Translations under genes and position numbers: made by a program
Assembly (NCBI GenBank): GCA_963693365.1
Contig: CAVNZM010000067.1
Coordinates: 1-19,617 of the forward strand
Length of the DNA stretch: 19,617 nt
Origin: Amoebidium appalachense
Lineage: Eukaryota; Protista; Ichthyosporea
Direction of reading: 5' to 3'
Notes under the pieces: model-generated
Told to the model about the DNA's origin: nothing
Database searches by the model: none
Seen by the model: the letters and a program-made list of their open reading frames with translations, nothing else
Shown here: positions 17,395 through 19,617 of the stretch, in pieces
Layout of the letters: every line of letters starts with the position of its first letter
How positions within the stretch are numbered: the first letter of the stretch is position 1

Positions 17395-17485
17395 CGGGGC
17401 CTGGGGGGCATGAGGGGCACGCGAGGCACGGAAGGCACAGTGGTCTCACGGGTCTGTGTGCCACAGGCGCCCCCCCAGCCCCCGG
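17395..17485. repeat. GC-rich quasi-palindromic intergenic repeat, copy 4
   Basis: CCTGGGGGGCATGAGGGGCACGCGAGGCAC resembles copy 2, the 20-mer is shared with copy 1, and GTGTGCCACAGG leads into a C-rich tail. Confidence 0.7.
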
Positions 17486-18108
17486 AACAGGCAACGCGGA
17501 ACCACAACTTCGTTCCAAAGCAGCGCCAGATGTGCCAATAAACGGCCAAAGCAGCGCGCAGTTGGCTACCCCGCTATTCGATCTGATTGGTCGAAAGCGT
17601 TCAAGATCCTGACCAAGGTTTCAGAATCTGTTTGTAATCGTTGAAAGGACTATTTCTTCGCGATTTCTATTAGAAATGTGACCGAATTGTTTATAAAACT
17701 ACCTTGAATATGAAATTGGGTATAAAACGTTTGATTTTATTCGTATGTTTGGTTCTAAGGGATAGAAGAGAAAAAGCCATCAGCTGTCATTGAAAAATCT
17801 TGAAGCACTGGCATTGCCTGCTCTTCGCGGGATCTGATTGGATCTTGAATTGGGTGTGATCCAATCCCCAGCAGCCAATCGTGCAGTTTGGTGATCTGGA
17901 TCTGAAAGCATTCTCCCAATCAAACGCGTGACTGGATATCATTTCGTCAGCATCAGTTGGGAATTGGCTTCTAAGGGCATGGCACAGCTGATAGGGTGTC
18001 ACTTTCACACACCTTCTGTAGTGTCAACATCAAAGGCTTTGAAGTCGCTTGTTAGGTCGCCTTTTACTGATTTTTCGCTTTGCACCCCCATTTCTACACA
18101 CACACACC

Positions 18109-18972
18109 ATGGAACAAGTAGGCAAGCGCAGCTACAAATGGCTGACCGATCACCTTTTCACTAAGAACACCAAGGACAAATACATGGTCAAGTGCCGCGC
18201 TTGTGTCGCTGACATGCACAGCGACCAGATCCCCTCGCATGTGAAGGTGTGCAGGGAATTAAACCACTGCCAGGACGCCATCCTTGCCCTCGTCGCCGCA
18301 GAGAACGCCGTCGGGCCCGCGCGCGACAAGGTGCGTCCGTTGGTCACGGAGTTCGGGGGGTGCGCAGTGGCTGCACAGTCCGTCGTGCCGGGTCTGCGCC
18401 AGTACCTGCAGCAGCCTGGGCGCAACGTCGTGGGCGCGGCTAAGGCACGGGCGGTGGCGCAGGCGCTCCACGACATGGCAGAGGCGGCTCGGGCGGTTAA
18501 GGACGGGTATGTGGGTTTTTGGTCGGCGGAGGATGCTGTGGAGCGCAACAAGCAAGCGCTGCGCCATCGGATTGCCGAACGTGTCCACCGCCGCCAGGGC
18601 GGGGAGGGGCCCGGCCAGTTCGCCTACGTTCCCCGCCCCCCCGGTTCTCCCCGTCCAAACCTCGTCCCCTTTGCGCTCACACCCGGGGAGCTTGCAAGTG
18701 GCAACGTGCTCCGGCAGTGCGAGATATTTCTGTTTGATCGAGTGCAGAGGGATCCGAAGTACCCTCCCGGGAAACGTATCGACTTGGACGATGTGTGGGG
18801 GGCGGAGGAGAGAGACTCTGCTCTTGCGGCATCGATCGATGAGTGGGCGGTGGAGGTTCCCGTTTGGTGGGATGAGGGCAACCACTATTTTGTTCAGGAC
18901 ATGGAGATGATTGAGCAGCGCCTGCGGGAGGGGTATGATTGGGTGATGAAGGTTGTTGCGGAGCTTGAGTGA
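18109..18972 (+). CDS. Hypothetical protein (287 aa) with an N-terminal BED-finger-like zinc knuckle
   Basis: ACCATGG start, then KRSYKW...HLF........VKCRAC..........HVKVC. CCAAT cluster upstream at 17836-17922. Confidence 0.65.
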   Translation: MEQVGKRSYKWLTDHLFTKNTKDKYMVKCRACVADMHSDQIPSHVKVCRELNHCQDAILALVAAENAVGPARDKVRPLVTEFGGCAVAAQSVVPGLRQYLQQPGRNVVGAAKARAVAQALHDMAEAARAVKDGYVGFWSAEDAVERNKQALRHRIAERVHRRQGGEGPGQFAYVPRPPGSPRPNLVPFALTPGELASGNVLRQCEIFLFDRVQRDPKYPPGKRIDLDDVWGAEERDSALAASIDEWAVEVPVWWDEGNHYFVQDMEMIEQRLREGYDWVMKVVAELE

Positions 18973-18997
18973 GGGCTGAGGGGGGGGGGGGGGGGGA

Positions 18998-19141
18998 GGT
19001 TGATGGGGTGGTGTTAGCATAAGCTAGATGGGGGTTGGTTTGATGGGATGGTGTTAGCATGAGCTAGATGGGGGTTGGTTTGATGGAACGGTGTTAGCAT
19101 GAGCTAGATGGGGGTTGGTTTGATGGGATGGTGTTAGCATG
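18998..19141. repeat. 40-bp tandem repeat, ~3.5 copies, after a G17 run
   Basis: GGTGTTAGCAT at 19010, 19050, 19090 and 19130. Confidence 0.9.
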
Positions 19142-19290
19142 GGAGGGCTTGGAAGTTGTTTGATGTGCTTCCGGGAGAAGTTCATGCACGAAATAAACCA
19201 AGTATCTGTGTATCATGCTGCTTTTTTGAATAAAGCAACACGTCGGTGGTTCTTTCGGGCAATGTTCATACATTTTGATATGTGGCTGTA

Positions 19291-19617
19291 ATGACCACAC
19301 GCTGGGACCCAATCCAGATCACCACGGAGGAAGACTTGGTGGGGCTTCTAAATGAAATGGATCCAGCATATGGTGTTGAAGACGGGGATGTGACATGGAG
19401 ACAGCAGGGGTCTGCATACAGGATTGCCCATCCCGTGATAACACCGGTAACCACCACGGGTCCGGATGGCACGGGAATAGAAAACTCCATTAACGTATTC
19501 AGCGGCGCCATAAGCGAGGTCTGGCGTCTTAGATGCAACTTCGACTACGGCAGTGGTCGGTATCGCCCCGGACATCCCGCTGCCAATACCAGCCTCAGCC
19601 CCTACTACTACGTCCTG
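19291..19617 (+). CDS. 3'-partial hypothetical protein, absent from the supplied ORF track
   Basis: 109 stop-free codons from ATG to the window end (MTTRWDPIQITTEEDLVGLLNEMD...YYYVL), after an AT-rich spacer. Confidence 0.55.
   Translation, partial: MTTRWDPIQITTEEDLVGLLNEMDPAYGVEDGDVTWRQQGSAYRIAHPVITPVTTTGPDGTGIENSINVFSGAISEVWRLRCNFDYGSGRYRPGHPAANTSLSPYYYVL

Noticed and set aside
1-19617. Bacterial restriction-modification, toxin-antitoxin or prophage locus
   Set aside because: No methyltransferase, Shine-Dalgarno pattern or phage structural genes are visible, and the expression signals are eukaryotic.

Overview
This 19.6-kb window is not bacterial. It holds intronless genes with Kozak-like starts (ACAATG, ACCATGG), TATA boxes, clustered CCAAT boxes and some AATAAA signals. 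The gene content is typical of large eukaryotic DNA viruses or virus-derived elements: an SF3/D5-like helicase, two paralogous PD-(D/E)XK nucleases, an 11x18-aa Cys/His-repeat endonuclease, a patatin, a Fic protein, and C2H2 and BED-like zinc fingers. No capsid, polymerase, integrase or transposase is visible, so the lineage cannot be assigned. The left third (757-7030) is a roughly symmetric unit bounded by inverted arrays of a palindrome-rich 92/93-bp repeat. It encloses two convergent coiled-coil/low-complexity genes with an identical 13-bp TATA element, either side of a ~1-kb CCCTAA-containing minisatellite. The right part is a mosaic gene array punctuated by GC-rich quasi-palindromic repeats. 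A diverged second helicase copy there survives only as its N- and C-terminal domains, with a repeat and a nuclease domain where the ATPase core should be. Three single-base frameshifts at homopolymers may be sequencing errors or decay. All family calls come from motif recognition by eye; no database searches were run.
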